From a virus: a DNA stretch of 64,000 nucleotides. How positions within the stretch are numbered: the first letter of the stretch is position 1; the number at the start of each line of letters is the position of its first letter. Below, piece by piece: positions 56,772 to 64,000 of the stretch. A program made the position numbers and the translations under genes. The notes beneath the pieces were generated by a model. It saw nothing but the letters and a program-made list of their open reading frames with translations. It ran no database searches and was not told the origin of the DNA. Location of the stretch: positions 32,001 through 96,000 of the IMG/VR virus record IMGVR_UViG_3300037483_001012. One strand, 5' to 3'.

Positions 56772-57524
56772 ATGAAAAAGCGAAAAAAAACATCTAAAGT
56801 CGTAAATTTGGAACTGGGTAAGCGGGTGGCAGTGGCGCGGCGCGCCGTAAGCCCTCCCATGACCCAGGTTGAATTGGCGAAAGCCGCCGGACTGACCCAA
56901 ACCGCGATCGCGGAGATCGAGGCCGGCCGGATCAGGCGACCGAAGAAACTGCGAGAACTCGCGCGGGCGTTGAAAGTGTCAGAAGCTTCACTTCTTGGTG
57001 AACAAGAAGAAAATGCCTCCGGAAATTCATTTATTTATGGTCAACTTGGGACCGTCGAAATACCGGTGGTGGGTCGCGTCGAGCCGGGGGTATTCCGTGT
57101 GCATGAACAGTTCGATGATGTCGCGCCGGCGACGATCGTCGGCGCCCAGGACGCAAGGTTTCCTGGCGCTAAAATCGTAGCTTTTGTAGTTGGCGGCGAT
57201 AGTATGGTGGGTCGTAACATCCACGATGGCGATATCGCCATTACCGTCGATTTTGCCGACAGCCACCTTCCCCTTCGCGATCGGATGGTCGTGGTCGTCC
57301 AAAGAACCCGCGACGGCGGGCAGACCTTGGAATGGACGATCAAGGAGGTCGAGACCCACCGCGACCATATCGACCTGATCCCGCGCTCTCCGAATAAGCG
57401 ATACAAGCCGATCATCGTAAAATCTGATTACAATCCCATAACCGGTGGGTTGGCGGACGATGGCGCCGAAATCAAGATCCTTGCGGTGGTGCTGAGGGTT
57501 ACCAAGGAAATTGAGGTTCGGTAA
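56772..57524 (+). CDS. cI: CI-like repressor (HTH + S24 peptidase)
   Basis: MTQVELAKAAGLTQTAIAEIEAG; VGGDSM; TIKE. Confidence 0.92.
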   Translation: MKKRKKTSKVVNLELGKRVAVARRAVSPPMTQVELAKAAGLTQTAIAEIEAGRIRRPKKLRELARALKVSEASLLGEQEENASGNSFIYGQLGTVEIPVVGRVEPGVFRVHEQFDDVAPATIVGAQDARFPGAKIVAFVVGGDSMVGRNIHDGDIAITVDFADSHLPLRDRMVVVVQRTRDGGQTLEWTIKEVETHRDHIDLIPRSPNKRYKPIIVKSDYNPITGGLADDGAEIKILAVVLRVTKEIEVR

Positions 57525-57904
57525 TGCAGAAATTACTGATTCTATTGTGGTTTTTTATGCTGGCGGGCTGCGCCGGCGGCTATACGCCAACACCGCCACC
57601 ACCGGCCTCGAGCCTGGTCGCCCCCGTCACCTATCGGGGCCCGATCGCCGCGCAGTTCAAGGCGACCCTCCGGGATCCGACAAGCGTTCGTGACGCTCGT
57701 ATCTCACAGCCGTTTGTCAGGCATATGGGCGCCGGCGAGCGTTACGTGGTTTGCGTCCGGTTGAACGCGAAAAACGGGTTTGGAGGCTATTCTGGACCGG
57801 TCGATCGGCTTGCCGTTTTTGTCGGCGGTGAATTGCTGAGCATTGTCCCGACGGTGGCCGGCGAGTGCCGAGAGGTGGCGATGACGCCGTTTTCTGAGAT
57901 TTGA
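57524..57904 (+). CDS. lipoprotein
   Basis: Lipobox LAG-C; CVRLNAKNGFGGY; coupled to cI. Confidence 0.75.
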   Translation: MQKLLILLWFFMLAGCAGGYTPTPPPPASSLVAPVTYRGPIAAQFKATLRDPTSVRDARISQPFVRHMGAGERYVVCVRLNAKNGFGGYSGPVDRLAVFVGGELLSIVPTVAGECREVAMTPFSEI

Positions 57905-57949
57905 TGTCTATAGAAGTTATTGTAATATAAGGTTTATATAGAAAGGAAG

Positions 57950-58370
57950 AGAGAGACAGCCGCTCTTCTGTTTTGCTGGGTAGTCGGTTCGGTTGCGGTC
58001 CAGGAAGACGAGACCCAGCCTCCGCACAAGGCAGAGGTGGACCGTCATCCCGGGGGCCTCGTACTGCCAGGGCAGTTCGGACGGCGCATGCCAGGAGCAC
58101 TTCCCCGGGGGCGGAGAAGACGCTGGGCGACTTTTTCCGCGGTCCCCCGCGGGTTGGGTGGGCTCTACCCTGGTTAGACGATGCCCACGGCCGGCGCTGG
58201 CCAACATTCCGTCCATCGCGCCTTGCAGCACCACGCGAGCGGACCGGTCCCCGTATGACCCGCGCGGTTCGACGCCCGCGATTCGGGCGCCGCACACACC
58301 AATTTTCACGATTATTTCCGGGCAGTTACGCCGCGCCGGTACCCCACTTACCCACAAAGCCTGACATCGC
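57950..58370. ncRNA. candidate structured RNA or origin
   Basis: Gap without a convincing CDS, dense in short inverted repeats, AT-rich left flank. Confidence 0.3.
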
Positions 58371-58380
58371 CGCAAAAAAA

Positions 58381-58417
58381 TATCAAATAATTGTTGCGCT
58401 CCATAATTTTACTGATA
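58381..58417. promoter_or_regulatory. OL operators (two 16-bp sites) overlapping pL
   Basis: TATCAAataaTTGTTG 58381, CATAATtttaCTGATA 58402; TTGCGC-N16-TAGCTT. Confidence 0.68.
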
Positions 58418-58450
58418 GCTTGGGTTGAGATTTTGAGGGTCACCAATCCG

Positions 58451-58759
58451 ATGCGAAATTCCGAGATAGTGCGGCCGAGCGCCGCGCGCCCATCGATCGA
58501 AAACCATTCGACTATTCATGGATTTCGGGGAAATCCGCTAGCGGTGACAAACGCTTGGCCGGCCCCACAACCGGTGGTCCAAAACTCGATTGGTGCCACG
58601 GCACGCAACCGCCGCATCAGTGGTACCGTCGCCGTCTCCCTGTGGATAGCGGGCAAAGTTCTCCGCGCGCCGCCGGCGCTCGTCGGTTTGGCGCTGGCCG
58701 CCGCCTGTCTCGCCGCCATCGCCGGTCTAGTGGCGGCCCACCATTCAGGAGTTTTCTGA
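58451..58759 (+). CDS. membrane protein, first gene of pL operon
   Basis: GAGG RBS; hydrophobic C-terminus. Confidence 0.5.
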   Translation: MRNSEIVRPSAARPSIENHSTIHGFRGNPLAVTNAWPAPQPVVQNSIGATARNRRISGTVAVSLWIAGKVLRAPPALVGLALAAACLAAIAGLVAAHHSGVF

Positions 58760-60084
58760 TGTCGGAAAAACCGGTCGCCGCCTATCGGCTGCACGCCCTC
58801 CAGGTCGAGAACTTCAAACGATTGGTCGCCGTCGACATCAGGCCGGACGGCCGGATCGTCCAGATCACCGGGAAAAATTCAAGCGGCAAGAGTTCGTGTC
58901 TCGACGCAATTTGGAGTGCGATCGGCGGCCGGGCCGCCATCCAGTCGCAGCCCATTCGGAAGGGCCAAGACGAGGCGCTAATCAAACTCGACCTCGGCCA
59001 CCTCAAAGTGAAGCGCACGTTTAAGGCCGTGAAGGAAGGCGACTACACCACCACCCTGACCGTGACCAGCGCCGAAGGCGCCAAGTTTTCCAACCCACAG
59101 GCGATCCTGGATAGCTTGCTATCCTCGCTGGCGGTGGATCCCCTCGCCTTCACCCGCATGAGGCCGAAAGACCAATTCGAACAGCTCCGCGCCATGGTGC
59201 CGGGGTTCGACTTCGAGCGTTCCGACGGTCTGAGCGCCGCGGACTACGACTCCCGCAAAGAGATCAACACCAAGGTCAAGTCGCTACGCGCCCAGGCAGC
59301 GGCAATCGTCGTCCCGGAAGCGCTGCCGGCCGCGGTCGATGAGGCCGCCCTCGTCTCCGATCTCGAGAGGGCCGGCAGCCACAACGCGGCGATCGAGCGC
59401 GACCGGTCCGCGCGCGAAAAACTGTTTCAACTTGTCGAATTATGCCGCCGTGACGCGGCCGCCGCGCGCGCCAACGCCGAGCAGTTGCGAAAAGAAGCCG
59501 ACGCGGCGGATGCAACAGCGGCTGAAAACGACCGTATCGGCAACGAGCACGCCGCACAGATTGCCGAACTCCCATCGCTGCCAGACCCAATTGACGCTTC
59601 CGCGGTCAGCGCCGCGCTCAACGCCGCCCGCATGACCAACGCGACACTGGCCGCGGCAACGCGGCGCGACGACCTTATCGCCGACGCCGAGATCGCCGAG
59701 GCGCAGGCCAATGCGCTCACCGACGCGATCGAGGCGCGCGAGAAAGCCAAGCAGGACGCCATCGCCAAGGCAAATCTGCCGGTGCCAGGCCTCGCTTTGG
59801 GCAATGGCGAGGTGCTGCTCAACGGCGTGCCGTTCGAACAAGCAAGTTCCGCCGAGCAACTCAGGGCGTCGATCGGCATTGCGATGCGTGGCGATGCCAA
59901 GCTTCGGCTTTGTTTGATAAAGGACGGCTCGCTGCTCGACGAGGATTCCATGAAATTGCTCGCCGACATGGCTGAGGAGCAGAACTTCGACGTCATCATG
60001 GAGGTGGTCGACTCGAGCGGTGAGATCGGCGTGGTGATTGAAGATGGCAGAGTTAAAAACCAAAAGCTTGAGGCGGCGGAATAA
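58759..60084 (+). CDS. SMC/SbcC-like ATPase
   Basis: VENFKR, GKNSSGKSS, coiled coil, ASSAEQ, IKDGSLLD. Confidence 0.82.
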   Translation: MSEKPVAAYRLHALQVENFKRLVAVDIRPDGRIVQITGKNSSGKSSCLDAIWSAIGGRAAIQSQPIRKGQDEALIKLDLGHLKVKRTFKAVKEGDYTTTLTVTSAEGAKFSNPQAILDSLLSSLAVDPLAFTRMRPKDQFEQLRAMVPGFDFERSDGLSAADYDSRKEINTKVKSLRAQAAAIVVPEALPAAVDEAALVSDLERAGSHNAAIERDRSAREKLFQLVELCRRDAAAARANAEQLRKEADAADATAAENDRIGNEHAAQIAELPSLPDPIDASAVSAALNAARMTNATLAAATRRDDLIADAEIAEAQANALTDAIEAREKAKQDAIAKANLPVPGLALGNGEVLLNGVPFEQASSAEQLRASIGIAMRGDAKLRLCLIKDGSLLDEDSMKLLADMAEEQNFDVIMEVVDSSGEIGVVIEDGRVKNQKLEAAE

Positions 60085-60086
60085 CC

Positions 60087-60341
60087 ATGACGCATTCTGG
60101 CGGCAAACCACACACGAATATTGGTGATCGCGGCCAGCGATACGAAATCCGATCGACTGGATATCCCAAAACCGTTGCCGATAGTGAGGGAACCGCCGTC
60201 ATCGGATGGTCGGACACACTCGAAGGCGCTGACAAAATGGCTGCGGCGATACGGACGCACCCCAACTGTATCAGCACCACGATATTCGACCGGCAAGAGA
60301 GCAAGCCGGTCATCACGCGGTTCGCGGGGATTTTGCGATGA
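60087..60341 (+). CDS. hypothetical protein
   Basis: Tightly packed in operon. Confidence 0.55.
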   Translation: MTHSGGKPHTNIGDRGQRYEIRSTGYPKTVADSEGTAVIGWSDTLEGADKMAAAIRTHPNCISTTIFDRQESKPVITRFAGILR

Positions 60342-60985
60342 CAAATAATACCACCACACAACCTGACGCTGAAATCTTCAAACACCTGTTCGGCGGCTAC
60401 CGCGAAGCCGAGGCGCGCCGCTGGAAAAATCCGGATGGCAGCGAAGGCGGCATCGTCGCAGTTTCGGCGAACGTCCACGCCGACATCAAACTGCCGGCCG
60501 ATGTTGTCGTCTGGCCGAACGCCAGGATATCGAAAGACGTTTCCATCGGCGCCCGCACGTCCATCGGCGCCCGCACGTCCATCGGCTACGGCACGTCCAT
60601 CGGCGCCCGCACGTCCATCGGCGCCCGCACGTCCATCGGCGACGGCACGTCCATCGGCGACGGCACGTCCATCGGCGCCCGCACGTCCATCGGCGACGGC
60701 ACGTCCATCGGCGCCGGCGTTAGCCTTGAGGCCGATGACTGGTGGGGCTGCGTCGGTCCGCAGGGCTCGCGCAATGCCTTTATGACCTATTCGTGGTCCA
60801 CAAAGTATGGCTTGCGTTTTTGGGTTGGCTGCCAACACGGCATCACCGCTACCGATCTGCGCGAGCGGGTGCGGCTCGAACACGGCGACACCCCGCATGG
60901 GGATGACTATCGCTATGCGATTACGTTCGTCGAAAATCATCCCGGTTTGAAACGCGCCATAGCGATGGCAAAGCCGAAGGAGTGA
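60338..60985 (+). CDS. hexapeptide-repeat (left-handed beta-helix) protein
   Basis: SIGART/SIGDGT repeats; C-terminal VGPQGSR..VGC. Confidence 0.75.
   Translation: MTNNTTTQPDAEIFKHLFGGYREAEARRWKNPDGSEGGIVAVSANVHADIKLPADVVVWPNARISKDVSIGARTSIGARTSIGYGTSIGARTSIGARTSIGDGTSIGDGTSIGARTSIGDGTSIGAGVSLEADDWWGCVGPQGSRNAFMTYSWSTKYGLRFWVGCQHGITATDLRERVRLEHGDTPHGDDYRYAITFVENHPGLKRAIAMAKPKE
60542..60721 (+). repeat. 18-bp tandem repeat x10
   Basis: TCCATCGGC-GCCCGC/GACGGC-ACG units. Confidence 0.92.
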
Positions 60986-60986
60986 C

Positions 60987-61346
60987 TTGGTGGCCGACGA
61001 CCTCTTCACATATAGCCCACCAGCGGCGCGCTCCTATCAGGAGACGTCTCGCGAGGCACTTCAGAAGAGCAAGCGCCACAAGGGTGATCTCGACTTGGCA
61101 ATCATGCGCGCCATCGCCGCGAACGCCGCGGCCGGCGGCGACGGGATCATCTGCGAAGCGATCGAAATCTTTGTCGGAAAGAAGCACCAAGCGGTGTCCG
61201 GCAATCTCCGCCATCTGGTCGAGGATGGGTTTGTCAAGTTCACCGGGCGACACGGGAAGACGTCTTCCAATCGGAAGGCGATGAAATGGGCGCTCACGGA
61301 AGATGGGCGCCGGGCGCTCGCTGAGAACAAGGAGTGCGTAGCGTGA
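60987..61346 (+). CDS. winged-helix-like protein
   Basis: HQAVSGNLRHLVEDGFV..SNRKAMKW. Confidence 0.6.
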   Translation: MVADDLFTYSPPAARSYQETSREALQKSKRHKGDLDLAIMRAIAANAAAGGDGIICEAIEIFVGKKHQAVSGNLRHLVEDGFVKFTGRHGKTSSNRKAMKWALTEDGRRALAENKECVA

Positions 61347-61753
61347 TGAAAAGGCCTTCCAAATTGCCAAACCCGATCGACAAGCACGTGGGCTCGCGCG
61401 TGCGCATGCGCCGGATGATGCTGAGCATGAGTCAGGAAAAGCTCGGCGACGCCCTCGGCCTGACCTTCCAGCAAGTCCAGAAATACGAGAAGGGCACCAA
61501 CCGTATCGGCGCCAGCAGGCTCCAGAATATCGCCAATATCCTGCAGGTCCCTGTGGCGTTCTTCTTCGAGGGCGCGCCAGGTGGCAAGCAGACCGCTGGG
61601 CTGCCGGAAGTGTGCTCGCCGGCGACGGTCGATGAATTCCTCACCACCTCCGATGGCCTGACGCTCACCGGCGCCTTCATGCGCGTCAAAAGCGACAAGA
61701 CGCGCCGGCGCATCGTGCAATTGGTTGAGCAAATTGCGGACGGAGACAAGTAA
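61346..61753 (+). CDS. XRE regulator, PraR/PhrR-like
   Basis: PNPIDKHVGSRVRMRR..SQEKLG..LTFQQVQKYEKGTNRIGASRL. Confidence 0.82.
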   Translation: MKRPSKLPNPIDKHVGSRVRMRRMMLSMSQEKLGDALGLTFQQVQKYEKGTNRIGASRLQNIANILQVPVAFFFEGAPGGKQTAGLPEVCSPATVDEFLTTSDGLTLTGAFMRVKSDKTRRRIVQLVEQIADGDK

Positions 61754-61995
61754 TGACCGACGTCACCACGCGGCTTCGAAAGCTCGTCGCCGAACATCTT
61801 GGTCTCGACGAGGAAAAAGTGGTCGACTCCGCTGCGCTGGTCGACGATCTCGGTGCCGACAGTCTCGACGCATTCGAGATTAAACTTTACGCAGAGGAAG
61901 AGTTTCGCGTCGACGTCACGGACGACGCGGTGGTCAACGCCATCACGTTCGGCGACCTCGTAAAGGTTATCAAAAAAGCGGTGGGGACCAAATGA
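61753..61995 (+). CDS. acpP: acyl carrier protein
   Basis: DDLGADSLD with phosphopantetheine Ser; EEEF; 80 aa, acidic. Confidence 0.88.
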   Translation: MTDVTTRLRKLVAEHLGLDEEKVVDSAALVDDLGADSLDAFEIKLYAEEEFRVDVTDDAVVNAITFGDLVKVIKKAVGTK

Positions 61996-62954
61996 TCGAG
62001 GCGCGACCTTACATCACTGGAACGAAAATCTCCGAGCCGGGGATGTATTCGGGTGTGCCGATTACGCTGTACCACGGCTATCGCGAAGACGGCGCCATTT
62101 ATGATCTTTGCGACGCACCGTCGATCTCGTCGACCGGCTTGCGGACCATCTTCAGCCCCGACACCAGCGCCGCGCATTACTGGGATGGCTCGGTTTACAA
62201 TCCGGAAGGCCAGCCTCGCAAGGAAACCGAGGCTAAGCTTCTCGGCCGCGCAACGCATCACCTTCTGCTCGGCGAGGCGAATTTCAAAACACAATACGTC
62301 ATCCGGCCCGAAAAACTGCTTGGGAAGGACTGGCACGGCAGTAGGAACGATTGCAAGGCGTGGATCGCCGAACATGAACTACAAGGACTCACAATCCTAG
62401 GGCCGAGCCTGGGCGCTCGTATTCTTGGCATGGCGAAGGCCATCGACCGGCATCCATTCGCAAAGGAAGCGTTGCGCGGGCAAATCGAGCGCACACTAGT
62501 CTGGAAAGACCCGGACACCGGCGTATGGCTGCGCGCCCGTCCCGACGTTATCACCGGCGCCTCGACAGACTATTGCGATCTCAAATGCACCGCGTCCGTG
62601 TCCGACGACGCGATCGAAAAAACGATCGGCGACTACGGGTACCACCAGCAAGGCGCGCTGGTGCAAGAAGGCGCGGAGATGTTGCTCGGTCAAGCCGACA
62701 CCAGTTTTCATGACATCTTCGTGGAGAGCGAGCGGCCGCATTGCGTCCGGCCCGTCACGCTCAAGCCCGAGGATCTGGCCGACGGTCGCAAATACAACAA
62801 AGCGGCGACAAAGAAGTTTGCGCGCTGCCTGCAATCCGGCGTGTGGGATGGCCCAAGTGGCGACCGCAAAGACGCCGAATACGTCGGCGTCAAAGGATGG
62901 ACCAAAAAACAAAACGATTTGCGGCTCGCCGAGCTGCAGCGGGAGGCAGCATGA
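61992..62954 (+). CDS. RecE/exonuclease VIII-like nuclease
   Basis: ISSTGL, GRATH..LL, RARPD, DLK, YGYHQQ. Confidence 0.82.
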   Translation: MIEARPYITGTKISEPGMYSGVPITLYHGYREDGAIYDLCDAPSISSTGLRTIFSPDTSAAHYWDGSVYNPEGQPRKETEAKLLGRATHHLLLGEANFKTQYVIRPEKLLGKDWHGSRNDCKAWIAEHELQGLTILGPSLGARILGMAKAIDRHPFAKEALRGQIERTLVWKDPDTGVWLRARPDVITGASTDYCDLKCTASVSDDAIEKTIGDYGYHQQGALVQEGAEMLLGQADTSFHDIFVESERPHCVRPVTLKPEDLADGRKYNKAATKKFARCLQSGVWDGPSGDRKDAEYVGVKGWTKKQNDLRLAELQREAA

Positions 62955-64000
62955 ACGACCGTGCATTAACAATTCAGCCTGACCAAGCCCCCGAGCGCAT
63001 CAAGCGGGAAAGCCAAGTCGTTCAACACCCGATTGCGGTATTTGACACAGCTCGTTTTGAACACCTCCAGCGGATCGCCGGCGGCATGGCCGAGGCCTCG
63101 CTGCTGCCGGAACATCTGATCGTCTTCCGGAACCAAAATGGTCAGGTCGTTAAGCCGGACACTAATGGTGCGTCCCTCGACAAAAAGGCAACGCTTGGCA
63201 ACTGCCTTATCGTCGTCAATCAGGCTGAGATTTGGAAGATGAATCCTTTCCAGCTCGCACAAAGCACATTCCGCACACCTGGCGGTCAGATCGGCTACGA
63301 CGGGAAGGCCGTCGCCGCCGCCCTTTATGGGCTTGGAATAGAACTTGATCACGAGTTTAGCGGCGAGATCTCGACCGATAGTCGGGCGATTAAGCTATCT
63401 GGACCGCGCCCAGGCGACGGCAAAGTAGTTGAGATCATCGGCACCGTCGGGCAATGGAAGACCAAGGATCGCGATGGCAATATCAAACAAAATTGGAAGA
63501 ACCAGCCCGATGACCAATTGATTTATCGCGGAACCCGCCAATGGGCGCGGCGTCACGCGCCGGGTCTCATCATGGGCGTGATCACCGACGATGAAGTCGA
63601 AGAGATGCTGGAAAACCAGCGCGCCTTGCGCGCCGTCACGGTCGGCGGGCCTTCCGGCCTCGCCTCTCGCCTTATCCCATCTTCGACAGGCGAAGGTTTC
63701 AACGGCGATCACGTCTCGCGCGAGATCGAAAGCGCGACTGCCGGAAAGGCGCCGGCCGCGGCACCGGCAACCGAACCGGCCGCCGCCGAACCGGCCGACA
63801 ATGCGAACGAACAACCGAAGACCGAAGACGCGAAAACCGAGGTCGACGACGCCGCTGTCCGGAATAGTCCGGACGCCGGATCAACGTCGCAGGCCGAGGA
63901 AGGCTCCGACCCCGCCGGCAAGACTGAGGCGGACCCGGGCCAATCGTCGACCGGTTCCCCAACCGGCGACGATACGGCGGCCGCCGGCGGCAATGCCGCT
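62951..64000 (+). CDS. RecT-like recombinase, runs off window edge
   Basis: Read manually: SLLPEHL, NCLIVVNQA..W.MNPF, IGYDGK, QLIYRGTRQWARRHAP; follows recE-like. Confidence 0.7.
   Translation, partial: MNDRALTIQPDQAPERIKRESQVVQHPIAVFDTARFEHLQRIAGGMAEASLLPEHLIVFRNQNGQVVKPDTNGASLDKKATLGNCLIVVNQAEIWKMNPFQLAQSTFRTPGGQIGYDGKAVAAALYGLGIELDHEFSGEISTDSRAIKLSGPRPGDGKVVEIIGTVGQWKTKDRDGNIKQNWKNQPDDQLIYRGTRQWARRHAPGLIMGVITDDEVEEMLENQRALRAVTVGGPSGLASRLIPSSTGEGFNGDHVSREIESATAGKAPAAAPATEPAAAEPADNANEQPKTEDAKTEVDDAAVRNSPDAGSTSQAEEGSDPAGKTEADPGQSSTGSPTGDDTAAAGGNAA
63857..63874 (+). repeat. orphan copy of the early-array hairpin
   Basis: GTCCGG-AATAGT-CCGGAC inside recT-like CDS. Confidence 0.75.

Noticed and set aside
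58261-58301. tRNA suggested by GGTTCGA and a nearby CCA
   Set aside because: T-arm geometry is wrong and no acceptor or anticodon arms could be built
57717-58428. Overlapping ORFs between the lipoprotein gene and OL
   Set aside because: Arg/Pro-rich, no RBS and mutually overlapping; treated as non-coding

Overview
This 64-kb window is most of a GC-rich, temperate, lambda/HK97-like siphovirus genome. The host is probably Hyphomicrobiales (Rhizobiales), inferred from host-like DnaN, PraR/PhrR-type, AcpP and zinc-ligand-less primase sequences. Layout: (1) 1-18.4 kb, minus strand: tail tip (I/K/L/M), tape measure, frameshifted tail chaperones, tail tube, neck, capsid, protease, portal and terminases. 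(2) 18.4-23 kb, minus: a four-gene glycan-modification cluster, TraR and a cold-shock protein; a fifth, sugar-transferase-like gene lies inside the head module. (3) 23-24 kb: a probable cos region with a decayed higA and the packaging HNH. (4) 24.4-40.7 kb, plus: a ~16-kb run of ~35 mostly small genes. Eighteen of them are preceded, just upstream of the RBS, by the same covarying hairpin (stem-GG-AAT[N]G[T/A/C]-CC-stem). The run includes a DUF3150-like/MoxR/VWA-peptidase triad, a beta-clamp and a methyltransferase, and ends with an Aca2/DUF1870-like HTH gene plus one membrane-protein gene. (5) 40.7-56.7 kb, minus: replication and modification genes with two inteins and two free-standing homing endonucleases. 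(6) 56.4-58.4 kb: cro/cI switch with five 16-bp operators. (7) 58.4-64 kb, plus: pL-type operon (SMC-like ATPase, PraR-like regulator, acyl carrier protein, RecE/RecT-like). No integrase, lysis genes, tRNA or CRISPR array were seen. The best candidate for an undescribed system is the hairpin-tagged early gene array with its putative RNA-binding regulator; the second is the putative virion-glycosylation set. All family assignments were made by eye from motifs, and no searches were run.
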